Origin: the human T2T-CHM13v2.0 reference genome, Homo sapiens
NCBI RefSeq assembly: GCF_009914755.1
Contig: NC_060942.1
Direction: 5' to 3' (one strand)
DNA length: 64,000 nt
Position numbers and translations under genes: made by a program. Of this stretch, positions 31,723-45,500 are shown in pieces. Position 1 is the first letter of the stretch. The number at the start of each line of letters is the position of its first letter. The notes below the pieces were generated by a model. The model ran no database searches. It saw only the letters and a list, made by a program, of their open reading frames with translations, and was not told the DNA's origin.

Positions 31723-33496
31723 AAGTTATTAAAATTTCAATATAAAGAATCCCTATACAGAAAGAATAGTTTCCTTTCTGGTTATACCCAGGCGTGAAAT
31801 TCCAAATATTTAACAACTAGTTGGCACTGCTAGTCCTAGTAGATGCAGGTTGAGCACAACCAGGGCAGCCCTACTAGCTTGCATTGGCTGGATGTCAGTG
31901 GTAGTAGTGACATAAATACTCTCTTTCAAGAAAGAAAAATAAAATGAAGTTTCCTTGAAGTCAGGTCTACGTTAATTGGTTTTATTATAGTCCAAAAACT
32001 ATACCAAGAATTTCTACGTGCATTACTTTATTCAATTCAGCAATTCTTTAATTTACTACTAATTCAGTTACTATCTATCCAATTAGAAAGCTTAGAATTT
32101 GGTCAAAGAATCGTAAAATTATAAAACACCCTCAGAAGATACAAAAGACACTAAAGTGACTCCCCTTAATGCTAGAATCCCTTCTATAACATTCATCCCA
32201 TGTGGTCAACCAGCCCATCCTTGAATACAGAACACTTTTGAAAGGCTCCTCATTCTTTCTATGCAGTACAGAAAGCTGTTGCAGTTTGGCAGAAGTCTGT
32301 CGCCCTACTCCTACTCGCCAGTCTTCAGTCTATTCCACTGTTATAGCTATCATCTTCTTCTCAAGCCCATCAGCAACCTCAAGTGTCCCTCAATACAACC
32401 TGGCTTAAAGCCTTCTCATCATTTTATTTGCACTTTGCTAGATGTCTAGCATTTGGATTGTTTTGATCATAGATGTAATGCTGTGTATTCCATTATCTCC
32501 ATTAAGATACATAAGTATTTATACATTTGTAATCCTTGCAACTAATTCATTTCCATTTTTAAGTGACAACAGTTCTCTGCTAACCACTACTTTAATTATC
32601 CTTTAGGGAACAGCCAGAATTCCTACCGTGTAAGTCGTTTCCTGGAAACCATGCTCTGGATCCTCCCATTGGTGTTGGAAGATCAACTACAGCTTCAAGG
32701 CACCAAGCAGATCATGAAATAATCAGGAGCCAGAGGGGTAAATTATGTACCCTGAGATTCTGATTTACTAAAAACAAAGTATCAAATTTTTGACTAATTC
32801 TAATTTCTAAGGAAAACTATCTCAACAACTATAATTTCCCAGTTACTTGAATCTTCAACTTGCTACTATGATTAGATGTCTGGTTCAGACATCCTTGGTA
32901 ATAAATGAAATTCTTTATGTTTCATTTTTTAAAAGCATTATTGGGTTATAATCACCACTTGTAAAAAGAAGAAAAATCATGAATTTGGAGAGTTTCTTTA
33001 AAATTACAAAACCATCCAAATTTCAGTACTTAAACAGACCTAAAATGTTATCTAATCTCATGATTTGGGTGTCAGAATTTCAAATGGTATTTAATATTAT
33101 TTGATTTTTTTTTCATAAATTTTAAATGAGGCAGCATTTGTAAAGTCCTTAAAACTGTGTGTAACACATGGTAAGCACTATGTGAGTGTTATCCAAAACA
33201 TCCACAAACATATTTTCGAAGTATTTTGAAGGAGAAAAATCATTTTAGCTTTAGACATTATCATAAAAAATATAAATGGCTTTCCAAAGTTGAAATTACT
33301 ATAAGTGCAAAGAACTCAGAACTCATGTTTCTTAGTTTTAAATGTAAGTCCAAAATCCCACTCTTATTAATTTATAAAAGTAGTCAATGTATAGAAAAAC
33401 TGACTTGCATTTATGAAATAAGATTTTATGGAAGACACGCTTTTGAAAACTAACCGTATTTCCTCAGTATTGTGTCAAAATTAGCTTTGTCAGAGG

Positions 33497-33564
33497 TAGA
33501 ATCTGCTGGCTCCTCAATGGAGCAGCCATAATAGAATCTGCTAGCTCATCAATGGAGCAGCCAT
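33497..33564. repeat. Tandem duplication, two 33-bp copies with period 35
   Basis: tagaatctgct(g/a)gctc(c/a)tcaatggagcagccat at 33497 and 33532. Confidence 0.92.
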
Positions 33565-36500
33565 GGTATTTTCCTCTTAGTCCTTACAGCTTCTGTAACA
33601 GGAACAGATCTCATATCAGACAGGCTTTCTCCTCCAAAAAATGGGCATACTTATTTTACTGCAGACAATTTCAAACGTAAAAACAAGAAAATGATCCCAT
33701 TTTCAGATGTTTCTGATACATCAAATATGTTGGGAATGAAAGCTCAACAAATTCTATGCGAAGTAGTAATTTCATATCAAATAGAGAAGTTGGCCATTGT
33801 GGGAATATTTTACCTTGTTAACAGCAGTCAGAGTTGCCTCTCATTCTATAAACTTCCTTTTCCTTTTAAGAGGGAATTTATACAGTTAAATAGTTTCAAA
33901 TCTTTATTTTTAGTTTCCTTAAGAGAAGCATATGTATCTTGTTTGTATTAGTTTTGGGGGGATTCCAAGAGAGTTGTCTAAATTTCCTGCATTTTCAGCA
34001 GAAAATAAAACCTTCAACAAAATTAATGGGATTTTGCCAAAAGTGGGGAGTAGGGGGAGGAAATGCACAAGCAAAGTTCTCTTTAAAGTTAATGCGCCAA
34101 TGGCCTTCAAAGGCAATCACTTGGTGACAGACTCTTGTTATCTTTACGTTGCTAATTCACTGGTGCACACACTGGAAAGCTTTGTGGCCATGTTATTTCT
34201 AGCCAGAACTGGATTTGTCCAAAATACTGAGCTTCTGATAGAAAGAACAGGTTTTATATTACACATAAAATCAGAGCTGAAGAATAAATCCTGTGACCTA
34301 AAAAGACAATGGGTAACCTTAATAAAGCAGTGGGAGGGGGAGGCGGTGAGCAGACAGCAGTCACCGCACCACTGGTCTCATGCGGGGATGTAAAACCATG
34401 TGGTCTTTTTCTACACTCCTTGGATGTGGTTTGAATGTGACCCACAAGCCTCAACCACAACACTCTGGAAAGTCGTTCTTTAACATACACTACTGCAAAG
34501 GCACTGGAGGCAGTGACAAGAGAACTGTGGCTGCTAGGGTACACTGGCTAAAGCCACGTTTTTCCACATCCGGAGAAGAGCCAGAGAACTCATACAAAGA
34601 GTGTTCTGATTGAAATCCAGCAAAGGTGCAGCCTCTGACAATCAGATTATGTTAGCAGGCCACTTGCAGTGGACAGAACTTGGGGTGCAGAATAGAGTTT
34701 CTCACCCTTCCTCAGGCCCACTGCCAGCAGAAGAGACAAGTGCGTACCAGAGCTTGGTGTTCTGTTTTTAAAAGTTCAATGTTTTACCTTAAGTATTAGT
34801 GTTCATTTTTATTCTTCTTAGACTATATTGGTGTTTTATTAGAAAAAGAAATCCCTTTCCACAGCCTACGAAAAGTAAAATCTAAGTAAAGCAATACTTT
34901 AGGAAGATGTGTCTTTTTTAAAAAAAGTCTTTGACTTTCTACTGAGTGCCTTGTCTCATCCCAAATCTGAGATCCAGGAGTCCCAGCACTGCCAATAATT
35001 AGCTGTGACCTTTGCTACATCACCTGAGTTACAGTTTTTATTTGCAAAAATAAGTACTTACATAATTTTTTAAAACCCCTTCCTAGTCTCAAGTCTCAGC
35101 TTCATAAAGTATTTAGACAATACTGAATTTGGAAAGTAAATTTTATTAATATAACCAAAAAATGTAATTAAAATAGAAACGTATTCAGGGTAACTTCAAA
35201 CTTCAGGAAAATTCAGAATTTAGATTACCCTGCCACCATGAATAGAGTCATTATTGGTTTTTAGAAGAAGAAGAAAATCCAAAAACCTTTATAAGTAAAA
35301 ATGCACAAAGTTAAGTTTCAAAATAATCATTCTCCAACCCAAGGAACCTATTGATTCTTCTGTTTTCAATATATGCTATTTATCTTTGATACTCTTAATA
35401 AACAGAAGGGAAATAATCTGTAAACCTGTGTGTCATGGATTACACATTGACTTCAGAGACCTATGACGCTTGATGCCCTTTTTTCATTCTTTCTTGGGAA
35501 GAAGAGTCAGTGATGCCAAAAAAGGCAGTAAAGGGTCACAAATAGGGGTGTAATAAGCTCAAGTTAAAAAAAAAAAAAAAGAAAAACAGAGTAGCTCCAA
35601 GTCCATGGAGAGAAGCTCCAGATTGGGTTCTAGTCCCAGTTTTGCCATGGACAGGGCACGTCACTTTCACAGGCCTCATTTCCTTCAAATGTAGGATAAA
35701 TAGGCTCTCTAGGTCACGTGTGTACACATTGTAAGGAACCTGGACTTCAGTTTCCGTGTAGGATGTGCAAAGTAACAAAGAACGACCCTCCTTAGTGAGG
35801 AGAAAAAAACCAGGTAACTTAATAAATCTTAAATCTTCTTAAGTTCATCAGAATATGATTTCACAAGGCAACCAGATAAATGAATTCCAAAGAGGGTCAA
35901 GTACCTCTTCTAAGGAAAGAAGGAACACAAACATTCACCTTTGGCTGAGCATGCAAGGAAGAAGTGGTGTCCACAGAAGTGGCAAAGAAGAAAGCAGCTA
36001 AAATGTTGATGAATTATTAAAGGCTAATGTGTCAGTCTTGAAACCTGAAACCCAGATGCAAGAGATTTTATGTTCACTTAAGAGTTCTTTCTCACTATCC
36101 TCTACTAGGTGCTCATGAGAAAGGCTGGTATGGAGCAGGCGACTGAAGAGGGCCCCTCTACCACTGCTCAAGCTTGCAGGAGGTGATAACTGCTGCTGGG
36201 GGCAGGCTCCAAGACTCATTTTCTTCCCTGACTCTTCTCTCATGCTAAGAAAAAGCCGTAAGCTACAGGGCAGCAAACCCTCTTGGCCTGTAGCACAGGC
36301 AAATTTTCATTGTCTCTAGGGGGATGGTAGAAACATGTCTGCCCCTGAACAAGAGGTAGGAAGCTCTCTCACCTCCAGGACATAGATAAAGATCCAATCC
36401 TGATGATAGAGGAATAAAAGCAAAAAACTTTCTAGTTCTGGGATTTGAGGCAGGAAACCAAGTTGGGTTCAGGATCCTATACGCATACCAATATCAAGCA

Positions 36501-37329
36501 CAGGTCTGCTACCACTGGAGAAGGGACAGGAATGCAGAGAAAGGTCTACTTCTGAGATCCAGGTGCACACAGGGACTCTCCAGGATTGAGGCTGGACTAG
36601 GACAACAGAGAGGTCTCTTCTCCAGCCCTACTGCTGGGACTGCTGAAAACGGAGTAGTAAAGAAACACTGAAAAAAGCCCTCTGACACTGCAGACTCCAC
36701 CCTTTAAGCATAAAATAAAGAGCTGCTAGGGGAATCTGAAGCTGGTGGTGCACTGAAGACACAAAACCCAACTCTGCTCAAGAAGGAACCAACTCCCATT
36801 AATAGTCTAAAAGCAAAGGTCTCCCCATTTACAGGCATAAATGCTTTTAACCTCGGATTCGAATGTCCTAGCACAATGTCCGGCATTCAGTAGAAAATGA
36901 GACACCTGAGTCCATAAGTCCATATTTTATCTTTGGTAAATTGTCTGTTTGTGTCTATTGTGCATTATTCTTTTGAGTTGTTTGTCAGGAAGCCCCTTTC
37001 TCCTACTTTACTAAAACAATTTTTTTTTATATGAGAAGTGCCTATTGGCTTTTCCCTAATTCCTTTTCAAATCTATTAAGATGATCATGACTTTTTTCTC
37101 CTTTGAATATTTACTATGAGTACATCAATAGATTTCCTAGAATTATACAATGGACTGTATGACTTGGTAGGTGCTATGGCAGATGCTGGGTTGGAGTGGG
37201 GATCCAGACATGTTCCTGCCCTCACACAGGTTACCATTTAGGGGAGAGGCACCCTGTGAAAGTACAAGGCGCTATGGGAGCACTTGGAATAGGGTTGGGG
37301 GTTTTGTGGGGAGGAGGACATAGACAAAT

Positions 37330-37550
37330 AGTAGGAACATAGGCCCTGGAGTCAGCCTTGAATCCCAGCTTTACCATATGTTAGCTGTGTGCCCTTGGGC
37401 AATTCACTGAACCTTTTTGAGCCTCAGCTTTCCCGTGAGAAAAATGAGAGAACTACTTACTTTAGAGGATGTGAGGATTAAATAACGTATTTAAAACTAT
37501 TTATGGTCTTGCGTAGCAGATAAAGAGTGTTCCTTACTTGGTGGTTATTA
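37330..37550 (+). mobile_element. MIR SINE
   Basis: ttgaatcccagctttacc...gctgtgtgcccttgggcaattcactgaacc...gtgaggattaaataa. Confidence 0.75.
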
Positions 37551-37679
37551 TAATACTTACCACAAACAACAGACAAAATGCTAACCCGAAACAAGAAGGA
37601 AGAAAAAAGGAGGAAAAACACAAATATCCAACTTTAAGGTGACAAAGAGAATGTGACTACAGACATGGAGGACATTTCA

Positions 37680-38125
37680 ATCTTCCTGCCTTGCAGATGC
37701 CACCTTCTCCCTGTGTCCTCACAGGGCCTTCTGTAAGCAGCAAGCAAGCGAGCAAGTGAGCTCTGGTGTCTCTGCCTCTTCTTTGTTTTTTGAGGCACAG
37801 TCTTGCTCCACCACGCCTGACTGATTTTTTTTAATGTTTTTGTATGTTTAGTAGTGACAGGGTTTTGCCATGTTAGCCAGGCTGGTCTTGAACTCCTGAG
37901 CTCAGGCAATCCACTCGCTTTGGCCTCCCAAAGTGCTAGGATTACAGGCCTAAGCCACCACGCCCAGTCTCTGCCTCTTCTTATAAGAGCACCACCCCTA
38001 CTGGATAAGGGGCACATCTTTGTGTAACCTTAATTACTTCATTAAAGGTCCTGTCTCCAAACACAGTCTTATTGGGGGTTAGGGCTTCAACATATTAATT
38101 TGGAGAAAACAGTTTAGTATATAAC
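37680..38125 (-). mobile_element. MLT1A/MST-type MaLR LTR with a deleted Alu (37781-37968) inserted
   Basis: cttgcagatgccaccttctccctgtgtcctcac...ttgggggttagggcttcaacata; Alu flanked by gtctctgcctcttctt direct repeats. Confidence 0.75.
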
Positions 38126-38129
38126 ACTT

Positions 38130-39770
38130 AACCATCACTAAAGTGAGACAATCATACCTTCTCATTTGTGAACCAAATAGTACCCAGCTATGCAGTATTC
38201 TTAACAAGAAAGGAGAATCTGAATCTATTTAAGACTTTAGAGCTAACTTTAATTATAGTAAATATGAGGGACAGAGAACAAGGTAAATGACACCAAAAGG
38301 AAACAAAAGGACATACCAGAATGTGAAAGATTCTACAGGACAAATGGTTCAATTTCTGCCGTATAATTGGATGGGAGAAAAAAGAAAGACAGGATTGCTC
38401 TAGATTAAAAGAGACAGGAGACACAACAACCAAATGTGTGAATTTTATTTGGATTCTGATTTTAACACATTGCCAACAGCCATTTTTGAGACTTCCGGAG
38501 AAATGTTAATATGCTGTGCATTAGATTATACCTAGGAAATATTTCTAATTTTGTTAGATGTGATAATGATATGTGATTATGAAAGAAAATGTTATTATTT
38601 TTAGAGATGCATACCAAAATATAAAGGAGTAAAATCTCAAGATTTATTTAAAGATACTTCAGCACAAGAAAAATAAAAAGCTCAGATAAAGGATATATGA
38701 CAAAATCTAATTGCAGAAACAAGGTAATGAGATATGGGGGTTCATTAAACTACTTTTGTGTATGTTTGAACTTTTTCATAATAAAATTTTTTACATTGAC
38801 AACTTAAATAAAGGAAAAATTGTGTAGGAAACTATAAATTCCTCAACTTGACCTAAGATCAAATAAAAAATGTGAAGAGAATAACCATGAAAAAAGGGAA
38901 AAATCTGTCAGAGACACACTGTTAAAAAAGGAGGTTGGGTTCATATGGTTTTATGAGTAAACTCCTTTATATCTTCAAGGAATATATAATTACTATGCCA
39001 TTTAAGCTTTCTAAATCAGAGAAAAAGAACGTTTCTCATTTTGTTCTTCCTTAAACAGGGGTAACATAACTATAATTTCAAAAATTGGTAAAGTTAGTTG
39101 AAAAATAAAAATAAAAACAAAAACCGTCATTAAAATACTCAAACATATGAACATTAAATTCAACATTGTGCTAAAAGGGTTACAATCCAAGTAATTTCAA
39201 GAATTCTGGAAGAGTACAATTCTAGGAAATCTATTGATGTACTCATAGTAAATATTCAAAGGAGAAAAAAGTCATGATCATCTTAATAGATTTTGAAAAG
39301 GAATTAGGGAAAAGTCAATAGGCACTTCTCATATAAAAAATTGTTTTAGTAAAGTAGGAGAAAGGGGCTTCCTGACAAACAACTCGCAAGAATAATGTAC
39401 AATAGACACAAACACACAATTTACCAAAGATAAAATATTAAAATATGTTCAACTTTGCTGGTAGTTAAACAATGTCTGTTAAATTATAATGCTATACATT
39501 CTTTGCCATTTGTTTTTGTTATAAAAATAACAAATGATTATAATTCTGTGTTGTCAAGAAGAAAGGAGATGGCATTCTCAACAGAGCACTGATGAAAGTA
39601 TAATCTGAAACTACTTTTCCAGGGACCCATTTATAAATACGTACTTAAGAGTCTTAAAAAATGTGAAGACTCTTTGTCCCTACAATTCTAATATTAGAAA
39701 TTTATCCTAAGGAAATAAGACCATGCCCACGGATTTACTTTGTGGATGTCTATTGCACAATAACAAAAAA
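38130..39770 (+). mobile_element. Old L1MC/ME fragments
   Basis: L1MC-like 3' end followed by degenerate ORF2 text (catgatcatcttaatagat, tagaaatttatcctaaggaaata). Confidence 0.55.
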
Positions 39771-39792
39771 TTTTCAAAATTTTCATCATCCC

Positions 39793-40378
39793 TGAATTTG
39801 TTTTCTGTTACTGTCATAACAAACTACCACAAATTTAGCCGCTTAAAACAACACAAAATTTGTCGTCTCACAGTTCTGCAGACATTCAGATAGGTTTGGT
39901 TCCTCCGCATCTAATGAGGCCAAAAGCAAGGTGTCAGCTGAGCAGGGTTCTTTTCTGGGAGCTCAGGGAGAGAATCTCTTCTGAGTTCATTCAGGTTAGA
40001 GGCATTCATTTCCTTGTAGCTGCAGAGCTATTCTCCTGCTGGTATAAGCTTGGAGTCTGTGCCTGCATTCCCCATCACATTGCCTCCTTCATCTTCAAAC
40101 CAGCAATGGCAAGTCAAATGCCACTCAGCTTTGAAGCTCTCTGAGATCTCCATCTGGTACATCTCTCCTGCTTTGGCTGGACAAAAAGTTCTCTGCTTTT
40201 GAGGGCCTGTGTGTTTAGGTTAGACCCATCTGGAATAACCAGTCTAATGTCCCTCTTTTAAGGTCCATAACCTTAGTTATATCTGCAAAGTCCTTTTTGC
40301 TATGTAACTTAACATACCTACAGGTTCTGGGGATAGGATGTGGACACTTTTCAGGGGCTATTATTATACCTACCACAA
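39793..40378 (-). mobile_element. MLT1 (C/D/E-like) MaLR LTR
   Basis: taacaaactaccacaaatttagccgcttaaaacaacac...atctgcaaagtcctttttgctatgtaa...cctaccaca. Confidence 0.8.
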
Positions 40379-41270
40379 TTCCAAATGTCCGATAGTAGAT
40401 GATTGACTAAATTATAGTACATCTGGACAAAGCAATACCATGAAGCTATTAAAATGAGATATCATGTAACTAACTTTGAAATGCATAAAACAGGATGGAT
40501 TGATTGATTGATAGAAGAACAGAGAGATAAATAGAGGGTAATAAAGCAAGTCCAGTAAAGTGTTAATTTACTGAAGAATCTGGGTGGTAGGTATATGGGC
40601 ATTTACTGCAACATTTTTCAACTTTTTTGTATATTTGAAAATTTTAATAATAAAATGTTGGAGAAAAAAACCAATTAGCCCCAATGATCCAACTTCACTG
40701 GGTGAAAATCTAGACATTTATGAAGATATTTCTAGCGAAGCAGCAGGAGTAAGCTTTTGCATAATGGTTTATAAGGAGATTACGTTTCAAACAGCATTAA
40801 ATATCACCTCACTTTATTTTTCAAGTAATTAGCAAATTAAAATAGAAAAGCAATAGTACAGGATGCATTTTTTGAACTGTTAGTGAAAAGCCAAATAATA
40901 TGCTTGAGGAATTTTTATTTTCAAAAGGAAAGTTCCCTCTAGAATAATTAATACATAAAACGAATGCTGTCTTGATTTAATTATTTCTACATGGAAATAA
41001 GTGAATCTACCTCACAGTTTAACAAAATTTGACAAAACAGATCCTCAGTTTATTGAAACAGACAAACAATAAAATGAATAGAAAATAACCACGATGATTT
41101 CACAAACATTAGCTGAGTGCCAACATCATGACATGTAGCATTGTCTTAAGCACTGAGAATAGATACCAAGGACATAAAATAAGATGTAGTCCTTGTCATT
41201 TATTTCACCTTGGAGTTATAAAATCTTGTCTAGTTTTGTACGGCAGAAATCTATCAAAAACACTTTTCTC

Positions 41271-41611
<341 letters not shown>

Positions 41612-42464
41612 TTAAAAAAGAGAAAAAATGACTATTTCCACTTGGAAATAATACTGCAAATACAATTGAAGAATGCTGAACTTTACTGAAGACACAAAAA
41701 ACTACTGTCATAGATTCAAATCAGGAGCTACTACTCTGTGTATTAAAGACTCCCCAGTTGTATGAAAAATTGGCCAGATATACAAGAGGAAACACTGTGG
41801 CACAAGAGTTAACAGGCCAGGCTCCTTATGACTTGCCTTTGAATCCTTGTTCTACTATTTACTGCTTATATGACCGTGGGCGAGGGTCTGAACCTTGATT
41901 TCATTATCAACAAAACTATTACAGAAGAGTGGAAATGAGACAATGAACATGCAAAACACCTATCCCAATGCCTAATACAGAGGAGCAGCTCAAGAAATTG
42001 TTGCTCTTACTAGTAAAAGCAATGGTAATAACAAATGTTTCTTATTAGGTACAGATGTATTTAGGAGGTATAAGAAGGCTATCAGGCACTAAGAGAAACT
42101 AACGTTTTCTGACTTGTACTTTAATGTCTTCTTACAGAGAAGTGTTTCCAACAGGCTGAAATTTGAATTTTAGAACATTTAAGTACATTACAATGAAATG
42201 CTCTAAGCTGTGAATCTGAGATCTTTAAGAACCTAAATGCTATTGTTATACTAAACTCTGGTTAATCTCCTGAGAAAATATTATGTATATGTTTAAAAAA
42301 TATTTTAAGTCTAGTGCTGAAATACAGGTAACCCTGACTGGAGACAGCCTGCTTTGAAACCTCACTGCATTATAACTATAGTTCACAATCATGACCAAAA
42401 GTTGTATTTATGGTTGTCTAATGAATGGCATCAATGCCTACATTTTGTCCAAACAACTGCTAAT

Positions 42465-42560
42465 GCTCATGAGTCAGTCAAGGTCAACAGCAGTGAAGCT
42501 AACTCAGTCTGCTGGTACAATTAGAGCAAGGGATCACTGAGGTTGCCATGGAAACTCCCT
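42465..42560. promoter_or_regulatory. Candidate enhancer: clustered AP-1, ESRR/NR5A and RFX sites
   Basis: TGAGTCA 42470-42476, TCAAGGTCA 42478-42486 and GTTGCCATGGAAAC 42542-42555, in sequence with no recognisable repeat. Confidence 0.5.
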
Positions 42561-45500
42561 GTGGCCCAGCCACTGCCATTCAAGAACTTTAGGAGGCAAT
42601 CCTGTATTAAATTTGCAATTTATTTCCTGTGGCAGAAACTAATTTTAAAAACAGTTTGAAAGTCCTTAGAGTGTAATGAAGAATCCTTACTACAGCAAGT
42701 GTTACTATAACAAGATGTCTTCAGTCCAAATAGCACTGGACTTACATTTTCAAAGCCCCAAAGGAACCCAAAAGCATACATATATGTTATATATATATCC
42801 CAATTTTTAGCTACTTTTATGATTACATGGTTTTAAAACACAAACTTTTCATTTGTTGTAACCTATTTTTGTGTTTTTATAATGAATTTAGTCTGGGGGG
42901 ATAGGACTTAATATGTATAATATTTATAAGGGTCTGACTTAAAACGGCTCCACTTGGGAATCGTATTCTAGCAATCAATTACACCATGAGTTGGGAGCTG
43001 CCTGTCATTTTGCTATATGGTGTCAATTTCTTTGGAAGAGACAAATGCTTAATTTTATTTTCCTGAGAGTCTTCTTGGGAAGAAGTGTGTAGAAACAACT
43101 CTCAATATGTAAAATATAAAACCAGAAATAAAAATACTCTTAATCAGGCATGAAGGAAATCCTCTTCTTTTGAGGCAAAGAAAAGTTGATATTAATGTAG
43201 AAATGCAGGAAAATGCTATTAAAGGGTGTTCTCAGTCAAAGTTTACTTGGCAAGAAGGAATGTGATCCCTACCCAACTCCCTCCTTTCTTCTATTGCATT
43301 TCTTTAATCCACTCATAATGGTTTGGGTATAAGGAAAAGATTTTGTTAAGAGGAAGACACAGAATGCAAGTAAAAGACATTTTATGGTAATGAATACACT
43401 ATAACAAGAAAACATTGAGTACTCATACTAGTATCAATGGCAACAAAGCTAAAATTTACTTGGTAGCATTTCTTATCAAAGTATAGTGACAGTACAGAAT
43501 GAAGATGCAGCTGATTCTACAATGTGTGGACCTTGTAACATTTGCATAGGACAATCCTATCACCAGAACACACTGAACTGACCACCACAGCATATCTTCT
43601 GCTATGACCAACGTGACAAGTAGACATTTCCTTCCTGCACCGACCTACTTCATCATGGTGGTGCCATGAGAACTGAATGAGTTAAATAACACACTCAGTA
43701 CAGGCCTCACACTTGGCAAGTAGTAACAGAACACTTTCTCAGTCCTGTCCTGGTGACATGGAAAGAATACTGGCAGGGAGTCAAAAGACCTCAGTTCTAG
43801 ACCTGACTCTGCTAAATAATCACCTCAGAGTTTGAGCAACTCATTTAATCTGAGAATTTCTTTTCTTTTGTTAAGTAGAAATATAATGCTTGCCTGCCTT
43901 TATGAGAACTAATTTGAAAATGACTTGTTAACTGTAAATGCTACAGAAATGTATAATCAACCATGTTGATTAAGACTGAATTTTTGCCTTTGACTCTAGA
44001 AACCCTGCCATCCCCTAATTTAGTAGGAATATTAAGAAAGAACAATAAGGGTAGATAATTTAGCATTGGATAAAGGGTGGCCATAATTCTCTTTGGTCAG
44101 CTGTCCTCTAAGTTTATAAATAACAGATAGTTTTTCTTTAGTTAAAAGCAAACCATACTTTCCCTAAGATCCAAAGTCAGAGATGTCATGAGACAGGCAC
44201 CAGTTCCAGTGGGACAGACTGTACACACCACCTTAGCACCAATCACAGAGATAGGGAGCAACAGAAAGTGTTTTGTAGTGAACACAACTCATTTAACCTT
44301 GGGAAGCGCCTAAATGTGCACAGAAGCAACTAGAAAATCTCTGCCACATTTCATCAATAAAGCCAATGATCAGTTAAAATAGTTCTAAAAACCCCTTGGT
44401 TTTACACTGGGAGTTAGGTGAACAAGAAATCTCTATGCCCAAAGAATAGGAAAATGGTAGTATAAAACCAATGTGTGTAATCTAATTGCCTTCTTAATAA
44501 AATTGCCTCATCAAGCAAAATGTTTAGGAAGGGGTTTTTCTTTTTTTATGTATGTGATTTATATATAAGAAACATGCCGTGCCATGATCTGAACTAATTT
44601 ACTGGTTATTATTCAATAGTCACTGCTAACTCTAACCCTTTGGTATGTCAACAAGACAAATAAAAGAATGATTATAACCTTCTAAATGGCTTCAGCTTTA
44701 TGTCAATTAAATTTTGAGTAAATTGGATGAGGAATCAGACATGCTGAACAACAAGAATAAGAAAACTGAAAGGCAAAGACACAGAGGGAGAAATTAAAAA
44801 GGCATTAACTGCACACACAAAAAACCACAGTTGCAAATTGCCTTTTACAAAAGATCCCAGAACAGTTGCTATCGGAATATTCCCTCCACCTCCTAGGGGC
44901 CTTGATAACATGGATACTTAATACCTGCCCAGCAGTCTCTGTTTCACTGTAATTTACTGGTTTTGGTAGGTTTGGTTCAATGTAATCTAGGCAGGTGGGG
45001 AGGTTTTATTAACGTCTTCAGATTAACAGGCTAATTGATGCAATTTAATCAGTTCTCCCAATAGCTATCAGTTATACACCACAATATTCCCAGATGAAAT
45101 GTGTCATTTATTTAACAAATACTAAACAGTGGCATTATGAACAGGTACTGTACTAACTGGAATTTAGAGTCCAGTAGGGGAGAACTGAAAATTGTGAAAA
45201 ATGCTATGAAAGCAGAGAAAAGGGAGGATAGGTAAGTATTAATACGATTTAGACTGAGACCTGAATACAGAAGTACAGGAAGTGTCCGATTTAAGTCTTC
45301 ATGTTATAATACTTTCAAGAGTTTCAGTCAAGCGTCATTAGAAATTCCAATTAAATGAGGAGTAATACCAGAAATAGGAGAAAAGGCCTAATTGTGGAAT
45401 GCATAATTTATTAGCAGTTATAGCCAATCTCTCCGAGAGTTAGACTATGCTTTAGAGAGGGAGGGTGCTGATGAACCTATTAACTGTACAGACTAATACT

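Noticed and set aside
33932-34393. 153-aa plus-strand ORF as a protein-coding gene
   Set aside because: No recognisable domain or exon structure, antisense within an intron, and a length achievable by chance in 64 kb.
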